Positions 20,369-29,827 of a stretch of DNA of 64,000 bases are shown in pieces. Source of the DNA: Porticoccaceae bacterium (GTDB taxonomy: Bacteria; Pseudomonadota; Gammaproteobacteria; Pseudomonadales; GM7GCV1); NCBI GenBank assembly GCA_038145405.1, contig JAYQPQ010000001.1, positions 16,532 to 80,531 of the forward strand, read 5' to 3'. The notes below the pieces were generated by a model that was not told where the DNA came from, searched no databases, and saw only the letters and a program-made list of their open reading frames with translations. The position numbers were made by a program, and so were the translations under genes. How positions within the stretch are numbered: the first letter of the stretch is position 1; the number at the start of each line of letters is the position of its first letter.

Positions 20369-21534
20369 CAGATGCGGCCAAACAGGCGCATGAAGAAGAG
20401 CAGCAGGCCGTCCCAGAAGCGGCCAAAAAATCCCGCAGACTCCACTTCCTGCTGAACCACCAGGGGCACTTCGGCCAAGGTCTCGCCGCGATAGCTGACT
20501 TTTAGCAGGCCAACCTGTTGACCCAGAGCCAGCGGCGCTTCGAGTATCGGATCCACGCTGATTTCAGCCTGCACGGCGTCCGCATCGCCGCGCGGCAGGG
20601 TCAGCACCAGGTCGCGATCAATGCCGATCATGGCCTGGTCAGCAACACCCTTCCATACCTGCTGTTCGGCGAGTTGGGCACCGGCGCTGTAGACCTCGCG
20701 GGTTTCGTAGTAACGAAAGCCCCAGGTGAGAAGTTTCTGTGATTCGGTGGCACGCGCCTGCATGGTGTCGGTACCCATGACCACGGTGATTAAGCGCATG
20801 CCGTCGCGCTCGGCAGACGCCACCAGGCAATAGCCGGCCGATTCCGTGTGGCCGGTCTTGATACCGTCGACACTGGCATCGCGCCACAGCAGTTCATTGC
20901 GATTGGGTTGATTAATGCCGGCGTACTCGAACTCCTTCTCGGCGTAGAGCGCATAGTGTGCCGGATGATCGCGCACGACGGCCTGCGCCAGTATGGCCAT
21001 ATCGCGCGCTGTGGTGAGGTGGGTGTCCGCCGGCAGGCCTGTGGCATTATCAAAGTGCGTTTGGGTCATGCCCAGGCGCTGCGCCTGCGTGTTCATTACC
21101 TCGGCAAAGCTCTCTTCGGAACCGGCAATATGCTCGGCCAGGGCGATCGAGGCATCATTGCCGGACTGAATAATCACGCCGCGCAACAGATCGATAACCG
21201 GCACCCGGGTGTTGGGCGACAGGAACATGGTGGAACCGCCGCTGGTCGTGCCCCCTTTCTGCCAGGCATTGACGCTGACCAGAACCTCGTCGGATTCATT
21301 GAGGCGACCGGACTCGATTTCTTCCGAAACAATATAGACCGTCATCATTTTGGTCAGACTCGCCGGTTCGAGTAGCTCGTCCGCGGCATGCTCTGCCAGC
21401 AATCTTCCGGTCTCGGAATCGATCAGAATCCAGGCGCGCGCCGCCAACTCGGGCGAAGAAGGAATAATGGGCTGGGCAGCTACCGGAGCGGACAGGAAAA
21501 GGGTAAAAGTCAGGGCAAGAAGTAGTCTGGACAT
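20368..21534 (-). CDS. D-alanyl-D-alanine carboxypeptidase (PBP5/6 class)
   Basis: SxxK (ASLTKMM), SGN (IIQSGND) and KTG (IKTGHT) motifs. Start set at MSRLLLALTFTLFLSAPVAA (signal peptide, ATG 21534), not 21606, which would overlap rlpA. Confidence 0.88.
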   Translation of the reverse strand: MSRLLLALTFTLFLSAPVAAQPIIPSSPELAARAWILIDSETGRLLAEHAADELLEPASLTKMMTVYIVSEEIESGRLNESDEVLVSVNAWQKGGTTSGGSTMFLSPNTRVPVIDLLRGVIIQSGNDASIALAEHIAGSEESFAEVMNTQAQRLGMTQTHFDNATGLPADTHLTTARDMAILAQAVVRDHPAHYALYAEKEFEYAGINQPNRNELLWRDASVDGIKTGHTESAGYCLVASAERDGMRLITVVMGTDTMQARATESQKLLTWGFRYYETREVYSAGAQLAEQQVWKGVADQAMIGIDRDLVLTLPRGDADAVQAEISVDPILEAPLALGQQVGLLKVSYRGETLAEVPLVVQQEVESAGFFGRFWDGLLLFFMRLFGRI

Positions 21535-21568
21535 AAGGCTCGAATGTGTCGCGGGTGAAAATGGCAGT

Positions 21569-22405
21569 TTAACAGGACTGTGAACAGCCTTCCCTATAGA
21601 CCACAAATCCTGGCGAAAGTCCGCTCATTTCCAGCATGGTCTGCATTAGGTTGAGCTCGCTGCGTTCGCGGATGGGGCCAACCTGAACACGGTAGAGCAC
21701 GCCCATATCAGTGTCTTCATTGAGCACCTCAATCGGCTGGCGCAGCAGTGGAATCAGGGTATCGAGCAATTTTGACAGCGAGTCCTGGTCGCGCAGAGCG
21801 GCGACCTGCAGATAGGCATTGTCAGACAGATCGGTCAGTGGTGCTGGAGCCTGCGGCTGCAGCTGCGGCGCCTGGCGCGACGCTCCAGCCAGAGCCACCT
21901 GGTACTGGGCCGGGTCGATGGCCACAATCTCCACTGGCGCCAACCCTTCCTCGGCGAAGCCCAGCTTGGCAGCTGCCGCCCAGGATAGGTCGATAATGCG
22001 GTCGGCGTGAAAAGGGCCGCGGTCATTGACGCGCACAATGATCTCGCGATCGTTCTGCAGGTTGCGCACCTTCACGTAGGCAGGAATGGGCAGGCTGCGA
22101 TGGGCTGCGGTCAGGGCATACATGTTGTACACCTCGCCATTGGAAGTGAGGCGGCCGTGAAATTTGCTGCCGTACCAAGAGGCCAAGCCGCGCTCGGTAT
22201 ACCCCTGCGCCTCCGGCAACACCAGATAGGTTACTCCCAGCACGGTATAGGGCGACTTGTTGCCGGCGGCGGTGATAGGCTCGACGCGCGGTATTACCTC
22301 GGGAATGGCTTCCAGATCAATCGAAGTGACCGGCCCGCTATCGCGCTGCTCAATCAGGCTGGAGCAGCCGGCCAGGAAGAGAGCAATGCCAAGCAGGCGC
22401 TTCAT
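21569..22405 (-). CDS. rlpA: Septal ring lytic transglycosylase RlpA family lipoprotein with SPOR domain
   Basis: Lipobox LFLAGC, a DPBB core (ASWYGSKFHGRLTSNGEVY...VRVNDRGPF) and a C-terminal SPOR-like segment. Confidence 0.88.
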   Translation of the reverse strand: MKRLLGIALFLAGCSSLIEQRDSGPVTSIDLEAIPEVIPRVEPITAAGNKSPYTVLGVTYLVLPEAQGYTERGLASWYGSKFHGRLTSNGEVYNMYALTAAHRSLPIPAYVKVRNLQNDREIIVRVNDRGPFHADRIIDLSWAAAAKLGFAEEGLAPVEIVAIDPAQYQVALAGASRQAPQLQPQAPAPLTDLSDNAYLQVAALRDQDSLSKLLDTLIPLLRQPIEVLNEDTDMGVLYRVQVGPIRERSELNLMQTMLEMSGLSPGFVVYREGCSQSC

Positions 22406-23382
22406 CGGGACTGTTCACCTCGCCGGGCCAGAATGGCCTCGCTCAGCTGATAGGTGGCCAGCGCGTACATGGCACTGATGTTATAGCGGGTAATGATGTA
22501 GAAATTATCGAAGCCCAGCCAGAGCTCCTCACTTTCAACGCCCTGCATGGCCACCAGTATGGCCGGCATACTCTCTGCCAGACTGGCATCAACGGCCAGT
22601 CCGGCGCGGCGAAAATCGCCTAGGGTGTACGTCGGCCTCAGCTCAGTGTCGATCAGACCGCGATCAAAATCTGGCGTGGCTGCCGCCTGCTGGGCGATCG
22701 GCTGGCCGCGCTGCCAGCCGTGCTCGGCCAGGTAGTTGGCCACGCTCCAGATGGCATCGGCCTGGGATTCCCAGAGATCGGCAAACCCGTCGCCGGTGTA
22801 ATCGCGAGCATAGCGACGATAACTGCTCGGCATAAACTGACCCAAACCCATGGCCCCGGCATAGGATCCCTTGTAATCCAGAGGGTTGCGCTCATGCTGC
22901 GCGGTGAAAGTAAGAAAGTGCTTGAGTTCCGAGCGAAAAAAAGGCGCCCGGGCAGGGTAGTCAAAGGCGAGCGTACTCAGCGCATCGATCACCCGGTAGC
23001 TGCCAGTGATGCGCCCGTAGAGGGTTTCCACGCCGATTATGGCGACGATAATCTGCGCCGGCACACCAAACTCGAGTTCCGCTTGCGCCAACACCTCGAC
23101 GTTGGCTTGCCAGAATTCGACGCCGCCGTTGATGCGGTTGTCGCGCAGAAATATTTCGCGGTACTCGCCCCAAGTGAGGACCCTCTCGGCGGGTCGGCTC
23201 ATCGCATCGACAATGGACTGTTGGTAGGAAGCCGACGCCAACAAAGGCTCGAGCTGGGTGCGGGGTATACCGGTCTCCGACGCCACTTCGTCCATTACAG
23301 CCTGGGCATCTGGATGCGACGAATAATCCGCCCACACCCCTGCACAGCAAAAGCAAAGTCCCAATGCTACTAGCAACCTCAT
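22402..23382 (-). CDS. mltB: Lytic murein transglycosylase B
   Basis: GVETLYG and GAMGLGQFMPSS motifs. Conserved rodA-mltB-rlpA order. Confidence 0.88.
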   Translation of the reverse strand: MRLLVALGLCFCCAGVWADYSSHPDAQAVMDEVASETGIPRTQLEPLLASASYQQSIVDAMSRPAERVLTWGEYREIFLRDNRINGGVEFWQANVEVLAQAELEFGVPAQIIVAIIGVETLYGRITGSYRVIDALSTLAFDYPARAPFFRSELKHFLTFTAQHERNPLDYKGSYAGAMGLGQFMPSSYRRYARDYTGDGFADLWESQADAIWSVANYLAEHGWQRGQPIAQQAAATPDFDRGLIDTELRPTYTLGDFRRAGLAVDASLAESMPAILVAMQGVESEELWLGFDNFYIITRYNISAMYALATYQLSEAILARRGEQSR

Positions 23383-24521
23383 GACTTCAGCGTCGCCTCC
23401 TCGGTGGCAATAGCCATCATGATGCCAAACAGCGCGAACAGCGTCATCAGCGCCGTGCCGCCATAGCTCACCAGTGGCAACGGCAGGCCGACCACCGGTA
23501 ACACGCCCGAAACCATCGCCATATTGACGAAGGCATAGAGAAAGAAGGTCCAGATAAAGGCCATGGCTACCAGCCTACTGAAGTTAGATTTGGCGTTGTA
23601 GCTGATCCACAGACCGCGCGCCAGAATGGCGCCGTAGAGCGCAATTAGAATACAGACGCCACGAAATCCCAGCTCCTCGGCCAGCACGGCGATAATAAAG
23701 TCGGTGTGACTTTCCGGCAGAAAATCCAGGTGTGACTGGGTTCCCATGTACCAGCCCTTGCCGGACCAACCGCCGGAGCCGATGGCCGCCATAGACTGAA
23801 TAATGTTCCAGCCGGCTCCCAGTTTGTCCGCCTCGGGATTCAGCATGGTGAGAATGCGTTCGCGTTGATAGTCGTGCAGACCAAACTGCCATGCCAGGGG
23901 CGCCGAAATCAGCGCCAGCAGACCCGCGCCCAAAATGTACCCCCAGCGCAAACCGGCGAGAAACAGCACGATCAGGCCCGAGGCGGCAATCAGCAAGCCG
24001 GTGCCCAGATCGGGCTGTTCCAAAATCAGGGCCGTGGGGATCAGCACCATTAGCAGGCTCATGCAGACGTGTTTGAGCCGCGGAGGCAAGTGGCGACTGG
24101 ACAGATAGGCGGCAAGCAGTATTGGCAGCGTCAATTTCATGATCTCCGACGGCTGGAAACTGATAAAGCCGAGATCCAGCCAGCGGCGCGCGCCGTTAAT
24201 CTCCTCACCCCACAACACCACCGCGCCGAGCATTATCAGCCCCGCCGTGTAGGGCACCCAAATCCAGCGGCGAATAAAGGACAGTGGAAATTGGGCCACC
24301 ACCAGCATACCCACCAGGCCGAGGCCGGCGAAGGTGGCCTGTCTTTTGATATAACTTGTCTGGCCGTCGCTAGCGCTCCAGAGCACAAAGAGCCCATAGC
24401 CAAAAGTGGTCAACAGCAGCGCCAGCAGCGGCAGATCGATATGCACCCGCTGCAGAAAACTGCGCATAAGCGTCCTGCCGCGGGGATCCCCGGGCAGGCG
24501 CCGCACAAAATCAGTTGGCAT
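23379..24521 (-). CDS. rodA: Peptidoglycan glycosyltransferase RodA (SEDS family)
   Basis: FtsW/RodA/SpoVE topology and motifs (QPSEIMKL, LPESHTDFI, PLPLVSYGG). Confidence 0.92.
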   Translation of the reverse strand: MPTDFVRRLPGDPRGRTLMRSFLQRVHIDLPLLALLLTTFGYGLFVLWSASDGQTSYIKRQATFAGLGLVGMLVVAQFPLSFIRRWIWVPYTAGLIMLGAVVLWGEEINGARRWLDLGFISFQPSEIMKLTLPILLAAYLSSRHLPPRLKHVCMSLLMVLIPTALILEQPDLGTGLLIAASGLIVLFLAGLRWGYILGAGLLALISAPLAWQFGLHDYQRERILTMLNPEADKLGAGWNIIQSMAAIGSGGWSGKGWYMGTQSHLDFLPESHTDFIIAVLAEELGFRGVCILIALYGAILARGLWISYNAKSNFSRLVAMAFIWTFFLYAFVNMAMVSGVLPVVGLPLPLVSYGGTALMTLFALFGIMMAIATEEATLKS

Positions 24522-26373
24522 CGATGCTGAATCCTGTCATCACCCGATTGGCCATCCACCAATCAAATACCTTGCGCACCACCGGCGCCGCCACACTGCT
24601 GCCCCCCTCGCCGTTCTCGACAATCACCGAGACCGCCAAGCGCGGATTGTCGGCGGGCGCAAAGGCTACGAAGAGTGCGTGGTCGCGCAAACTTTTTTCC
24701 AGCAGCGCGCTGTCGTATTCCTGATCGGCGGCTATTCCCACCACCTGCGCCGTGCCGCTTTTGCCGGCGATCCGATAGCCCTGCAGATTGCGACCGATGC
24801 TGTTGTGCGCTGTGCCGCGCAAGTCGTGCACTACGCCCACCATGCCGTCGTAAACCACCTGCCAGTTGCCGGCATCGATCTCGATGTAATTCTCGTACAC
24901 CTTGGGCACTTGATTAGCGCCGGCCTCGGCCACCATGCGCGGCACGATCACTTCGCCGCGGCGCGCCAGGTTGGCTGTCATCTGTACCAGCTGCATGGGG
25001 GTTACCAGCATAAAGCCCTGGCCGATAGCCGTATTGATGGTGTCACCACGATACCAAGCGACGCCGCGGGCACCCTGCTTCCAGATGCGCGAGGGCATGA
25101 TGCCGGTATTCTCCACCGGCATGTCGACTCCGGTTTTGCGGCCCAGACCAAACCAGTCGCCGTAACGACTCAACACATCGATACCAGCCCGATTGCCCAG
25201 CACGTAAAAATAGGTGTCGCAGGACTGCTCAAGAGCGATCTCCAGATTGACCCGACCATGTCCCTCCGGCCGCCAATCGCGAAAGCGGCGCTCCTCTCCC
25301 TCCAGCACAAAATAGCCGGGATCAAAGATGGAGAAATCCGCCGTAACCGCCCCGCTCTGCAGCCCCGCCAGACCAAAGAGCGGCTTGACGGTTGATCCTG
25401 GCGGATACTGACCCTGCAGGGCACGGTTGAATAGTGGGCGCGAAGGATCGTCCAGCAGGGCCTGATAGTTGGCCGAGGAAATGCCGCCGACAAAGAGATT
25501 GGGGTCAAAGCCGGGCGTGCTGACCATGGCCAGCACGCCGCCCGATTCGACATCGATCACCACGGCGGCCGCCCGCTCCTGCCCCAGGGTATCGTGCAGC
25601 ATTTGCTGCAGTTCGATATCGAGGAACAGCCGCAGATTGCCGCCCGGTTCGGGATTTTCGCGATCCAGTAGGCGCTGCACATTGCCGCGTGCGTCAGTCT
25701 CCACATGCTCGTAGCCGACCTGGCCCAGCAGCACCTCCTCGTACTGACGTTCCAGACCCGTCTTGCCGATGATGTGGGTACCGGAGTAGGCCTCGCGGTC
25801 GATGCGCGCCAGCTCGGCGTCGTTAATACGACCGACATACCCCAGCACGTGCGAAAGATACTCGGCATGCGGGTAGTGGCGGATCAACTGGGCTTCGATC
25901 TCCATACCGGCCAGGCGATACTCGTCCACGGCCAATACCGCCAGTTCTTTCTCGGTCAGACGGAAGCGCAGCGGAATCGGCTCGTAAGGGCGGCGGTACT
26001 TGTCCCATTCCTGATAGAAACGCTCGCGCTCGGTCGCGGTGAGAGACAGCAACTCGTCCAGACGGGCCAGCAACTCTTCAACATCTGGTGCGCGCTCGGG
26101 GACAATAGACAGGGTATAGCTGGGCAGGTTTTCCGCCAGCAGGACGCCGTTGACATCGTAGATCAGGCCGCGTGTGGGAGCCACCGAGCGCAGGTGCACA
26201 CGATTCTCTTCCGACTGGGTCGCGAAGCGACTGTATTGATCGATCTGCAGGTGGTGATAGCGGAGGATCAGCAGGCCAAACAGGCCGAAGATGACAAATC
26301 CGAGCAGCAGCAGTCGCGACCGCACCAGGCTGCGCTCGTAGATTTCGTCCTTTAGTGACTCTCGTTCTGCCAT
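24511..26373 (-). CDS. mrdA: Penicillin-binding protein 2 (elongasome transpeptidase)
   Basis: SxxK (GSTVKP), SxD (EQSCD) and KSGT (AGKSGTA) motifs. 620 aa, upstream of rodA. Confidence 0.92.
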   Translation of the reverse strand: MAERESLKDEIYERSLVRSRLLLLGFVIFGLFGLLILRYHHLQIDQYSRFATQSEENRVHLRSVAPTRGLIYDVNGVLLAENLPSYTLSIVPERAPDVEELLARLDELLSLTATERERFYQEWDKYRRPYEPIPLRFRLTEKELAVLAVDEYRLAGMEIEAQLIRHYPHAEYLSHVLGYVGRINDAELARIDREAYSGTHIIGKTGLERQYEEVLLGQVGYEHVETDARGNVQRLLDRENPEPGGNLRLFLDIELQQMLHDTLGQERAAAVVIDVESGGVLAMVSTPGFDPNLFVGGISSANYQALLDDPSRPLFNRALQGQYPPGSTVKPLFGLAGLQSGAVTADFSIFDPGYFVLEGEERRFRDWRPEGHGRVNLEIALEQSCDTYFYVLGNRAGIDVLSRYGDWFGLGRKTGVDMPVENTGIMPSRIWKQGARGVAWYRGDTINTAIGQGFMLVTPMQLVQMTANLARRGEVIVPRMVAEAGANQVPKVYENYIEIDAGNWQVVYDGMVGVVHDLRGTAHNSIGRNLQGYRIAGKSGTAQVVGIAADQEYDSALLEKSLRDHALFVAFAPADNPRLAVSVIVENGEGGSSVAAPVVRKVFDWWMANRVMTGFSIDAN

Positions 26374-26474
26374 GCGCTCCGGCGACGCTGTCCCAGCGAA
26401 TTCTTTAGCTGGCTAGTGTAAGTGGGCCCTGACTATTTGTCCTGTATCCGAGAACGAAGTTCATCGCAGAAAAT

Positions 26475-26945
26475 TCAGGCCCGATGATAGGGGTGTCCGG
26501 CATTGACCATGGCGGCGCGGTAAAGCTGCTCGATGAGCAGAACGCGAACCAGGGGGTGCGGAAAGGTCAGGCGCGAAAGCGACCAGCGTTGCTGGGCGCG
26601 ACCCAGGCAATGGTCGTCCAGGCCATCCGCTCCGCCGATCACAAAGACCGGCTTGCGCGCTTCCATTTGCCAGTCGCGCAGGGCACCGGCCCAGCCCAGG
26701 GTATCGAGTTGCTGGCCCCTCTCGTCCAGCGCAATCATCCATTCGTCGCGGTCCAGTCTGGCGAGAATGCGCTCGCCCTCCTGCGCCTTGGCCTGCTCCA
26801 CTGGCACGGCGCCATTGCGATCAACCGGTGCCAGCTCCTGCCAATCGAGCTGATATTCGCGCGGCATGCGGCGCGCATAGTCGGCGCAGCCCTGCTCGAC
26901 CCAGGCCGGCATTTTGCGTCCGACGGCCAGTATTCTAATTCTCAC
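26475..26945 (-). CDS. rlmH: 23S rRNA (pseudouridine1915-N3)-methyltransferase
   Basis: SPOUT fold with IRILAVGRKMPAWV at the N-terminus and a HPLVRVLLIEQLYRA tail. Start set at GTG 26945 (about 156 aa); the ORF extension to 27020 is rejected. Confidence 0.88.
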   Translation of the reverse strand: MRIRILAVGRKMPAWVEQGCADYARRMPREYQLDWQELAPVDRNGAVPVEQAKAQEGERILARLDRDEWMIALDERGQQLDTLGWAGALRDWQMEARKPVFVIGGADGLDDHCLGRAQQRWSLSRLTFPHPLVRVLLIEQLYRAAMVNAGHPYHRA

Positions 26946-27297
26946 TGCCGGGGGGTTTTCCTTCGCGGCGGCGCGTGGTGGCCGTCCACAGGCGCTCCAG
27001 ATCGTAAAACTCCCGCGCATCGGGCAGCATCACGTGCACCACCACTTCGGCGAAGTCTATCAGTATCCAATCGGCAACATCCTGGCCTTCCACGCCAATG
27101 GCACGGAACCCGGCATCGCGCGCTTTTTCCAGTACCCGGTCCGCCAGCGCCTTGACCTGGCGCCGCGACGTACCGGTGGCAATCACCATGCGGTCCGCCA
27201 CATCGGTGACGCCGGTGACGTCGATACTGGTGATATTGATGCCCTTCACGTCTTCGAGGGCGTCGACTATGCACTCTGTCAGGTTTTTATCCGTCAT
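26935..27297 (-). CDS. rsfS: Ribosome silencing factor
   Basis: 120 aa, with DVTGVTDVADRMVIATGTSRRQVKAL typical of RsfS/IojAP. Confidence 0.88.
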   Translation of the reverse strand: MTDKNLTECIVDALEDVKGINITSIDVTGVTDVADRMVIATGTSRRQVKALADRVLEKARDAGFRAIGVEGQDVADWILIDFAEVVVHVMLPDAREFYDLERLWTATTRRREGKPPGSEN

Positions 27298-27950
27298 TTC
27301 ATTCCATATAGGCCGTGTTGATTGATATAAGAAGCCACCGCGGGGGGAATCCAGTTGGCGGGCAAGACGCCATCTTGCGCTGCCAGCTCTCTCAGCCGAG
27401 TCGCCGACATCGGCAAGGGATCCATTGCCAGCAACAGCAGGCTGCCATTGTCTGCCGCCAGCGTCTGTACCAATCGATCCTGCAACATGCGCGGCAGTTC
27501 GGCGTCGGCCGCCGCATGATGCGGGCGGCTAACCGCAACCAGGGCGCACAGGCCCAGCAAATCCTGCCAGCGATGCCAGCGTGTGAAGGAGCAAAGACTG
27601 TCCCAGCCCATGCACAGCAACAGGCGCACTTCGTCGCCCAGTTCGGCGCGCAATTCTGTCAGTGCATCGACGCTGTAAGTTGGTCCGCCACGCCGGATAT
27701 CGCGATCGTCGGCACGCAGACGCGGAAACTCAGCTAGCGCGATCTGCACCATCTGCCAGCGCTGCTCGGCTAAAGCCAGAGGCGCCGGCCGGTGCGCTGG
27801 CAGGCCGGCAGGCATCAGGCGCATTTCATCCAGTTGCAGCCGATCCACCAGAGCATCCGCTGTGCGCAGATGCCCATAGTGAACCGGATCAAAGGTTCCG
27901 CCAAAGATGCCGATGCGCTTAGCGACGGATCTGCCCGGCACCCAGCACAA
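27294..27950 (-). CDS. nadD: Nicotinate-nucleotide adenylyltransferase
   Basis: [14 protein letters not shown] motif. The true start may be a few codons inside the ORF, since the current start overlaps the proA stop by 32 nt. Confidence 0.88.
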   Translation of the reverse strand: MCWVPGRSVAKRIGIFGGTFDPVHYGHLRTADALVDRLQLDEMRLMPAGLPAHRPAPLALAEQRWQMVQIALAEFPRLRADDRDIRRGGPTYSVDALTELRAELGDEVRLLLCMGWDSLCSFTRWHRWQDLLGLCALVAVSRPHHAAADAELPRMLQDRLVQTLAADNGSLLLLAMDPLPMSATRLRELAAQDGVLPANWIPPAVASYINQHGLYGMK

Positions 27951-29172
27951 TCCATTTTTGCGATGTCAGTCCCTCGAGACCGACCGGACCGCGCGCATGG
28001 AATTTGTCGGTGGAGATGCCGATTTCGGCACCCAGCCCATACTCAAAGCCATCGGCAAAGCGCGTGGAAGCGTTGACCATTACCGAACTGGAATCGACTT
28101 CGCGCAGAAAGCGCCGCGCGTGCGCATAGTTGGTGGTGATGATGGCGTCGGTGTGCGCTGAGCCGTAGGTATTGATGTGGGCGATGGCCTCATCCAGCCC
28201 GCTTACCACGCGCACAGCGAGCACCGGGCCCAGGTACTCGGTATACCAGTCGTCCTCGCTGGCGGATTTGGCATCTATCAACTGTCGAGTGCGTTCGCAG
28301 CCACGCAATTCCACGCCCGCTGTCTGGTATTCACCCGCCAGGCGCGGCAACAGATCGGCGGCAACGGCTTCGGCTACCAGCAGCGTTTCCATGGCATTGC
28401 AAACCCCATAGCGATGAGTCTTGGCATTGATGGCAATAGACATAGCCATCTCGGCATCGCACTCGGAATCGATATAGACGTGGCAATTGCCGTCCAGGTG
28501 TTTGATGACCGGCACGCGCGCCTCGCCGCTGATGCGCTCGATCAAGCTGCGGCCGCCACGAGGAATGATGACGTCGATATATTCGGGCATGCTGATCATG
28601 CGGCCTACCGCCTCGCGATCCGTGGTGTCCACCACCTGCACGGCGGCGGTGTCCAGACCGACCTGCTGCAAGCCGGCACCAATCGCGGCGGCGATGGCTC
28701 GGTTTGAGTCGATGGCTTCGCTGCCGCCGCGCAGGACACAGGCATTGCCGGATTTAAGGCAAAGGCTGGCGGCATCCAGGGTCACGTTGGGACGCGATTC
28801 GTAAATAATGCCCACCACACCGAGCGGAACACGCATCTTGCCTAGCTGGATGCCGCTGGGGCGATAGGTCATCTCGCTCACGGCACCAATGGGATCAGCC
28901 AGCGCAGCAACCTGCCGCACGCCCTCAACCATGGCATCGAAGCGGGCCTCGGTCAGCTCGAGGCGATCCATCATGGCACTGTCCAGCCCGCTGGCGCGCG
29001 CACGCGCCATATCGCCGGCATTCGCTTGCAAAATTTGCTTGCGCTGCCGCTGCGCCTGCTCGGCAATGCTGGCCAGGGCGGCGTTCTTCCCCTGGGTGTC
29101 GGCACGCGCCAACTGGCGCGAGGCTGCCCGCGCCGCCTGGCCCAGCTCATTCATGTATTGCGTTACTGACAC
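27919..29172 (-). CDS. proA: Glutamate-5-semialdehyde dehydrogenase
   Basis: 417 aa aldehyde-dehydrogenase fold with the catalytic [10 protein letters not shown] segment. Confidence 0.92.
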   Translation of the reverse strand: MSVTQYMNELGQAARAASRQLARADTQGKNAALASIAEQAQRQRKQILQANAGDMARARASGLDSAMMDRLELTEARFDAMVEGVRQVAALADPIGAVSEMTYRPSGIQLGKMRVPLGVVGIIYESRPNVTLDAASLCLKSGNACVLRGGSEAIDSNRAIAAAIGAGLQQVGLDTAAVQVVDTTDREAVGRMISMPEYIDVIIPRGGRSLIERISGEARVPVIKHLDGNCHVYIDSECDAEMAMSIAINAKTHRYGVCNAMETLLVAEAVAADLLPRLAGEYQTAGVELRGCERTRQLIDAKSASEDDWYTEYLGPVLAVRVVSGLDEAIAHINTYGSAHTDAIITTNYAHARRFLREVDSSSVMVNASTRFADGFEYGLGAEIGISTDKFHARGPVGLEGLTSQKWIVLGAGQIRR

Positions 29173-29224
29173 GGGGTGGTTCCGCGAAAAAGGGCGGCCA
29201 TTCTACCCAATAGTGCGCTCCGGA

Positions 29225-29827
29225 TCATCGTTGTGATAATTTCTCGATCCAGCCCGACAGGGTCGCCAGCCGCTCGACGGGATTATGCATTTCCAGCAAT
29301 TGCAGCTTTTGCACATCGCTCAGGGGTAATACCTGGGCCAGCTGAAACCCCAGATCGCTGGCGTCCCGAGTCTCCGGCTGCAGGCGAAAGGGCGCCGCGC
29401 CAGGATGCTGAGCCAGATCGATTAGCAGCTCGCGCAGACCCTGGAAATGCTCTCCCACCGCCACCGGGGGCTCCTCAGGCATCCACTCGACATCGGCCCA
29501 CATCAGACGGTCCGGGTCGGTTTCGGTGCCGGTGACACGAAAGCGCCGCTCTCCTTTGAGACTGATACCGAGCAGTCCGTTTTCCTGCTGGCGCCAGTCG
29601 GTGATGCGGGCCGAAGTACCCTGGTGATGGAAGCGTGCCTGGCCGCCGGCCTCTTGCCCTTCGCTGATACCGACAATGCCAAAGGGTTCATCGCTCTTCA
29701 TGCAGTGTGCCACCAACCGAAGGTAGCGGCGCTCAAAAATCTGCAGGTCGAGCGATAATCCGGGAAACAGCACCAGTTGCAGCGGAAACAGGGCCAGCCG
29801 CGCCAAATCAGAGATTCTCCTCGGCAA
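29225..29827 (-). CDS. Stand-alone LON substrate-binding (Lon N-terminal) domain protein
   Basis: LALFPLQLVLFPGLSLDLQIFERRYLRLV is the typical start of the Lon N-domain. 200 aa with no AAA+ or protease part. Overlaps the 3' end of phoH2 by 20 nt. Confidence 0.75.
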   Translation of the reverse strand: MPRRISDLARLALFPLQLVLFPGLSLDLQIFERRYLRLVAHCMKSDEPFGIVGISEGQEAGGQARFHHQGTSARITDWRQQENGLLGISLKGERRFRVTGTETDPDRLMWADVEWMPEEPPVAVGEHFQGLRELLIDLAQHPGAAPFRLQPETRDASDLGFQLAQVLPLSDVQKLQLLEMHNPVERLATLSGWIEKLSQR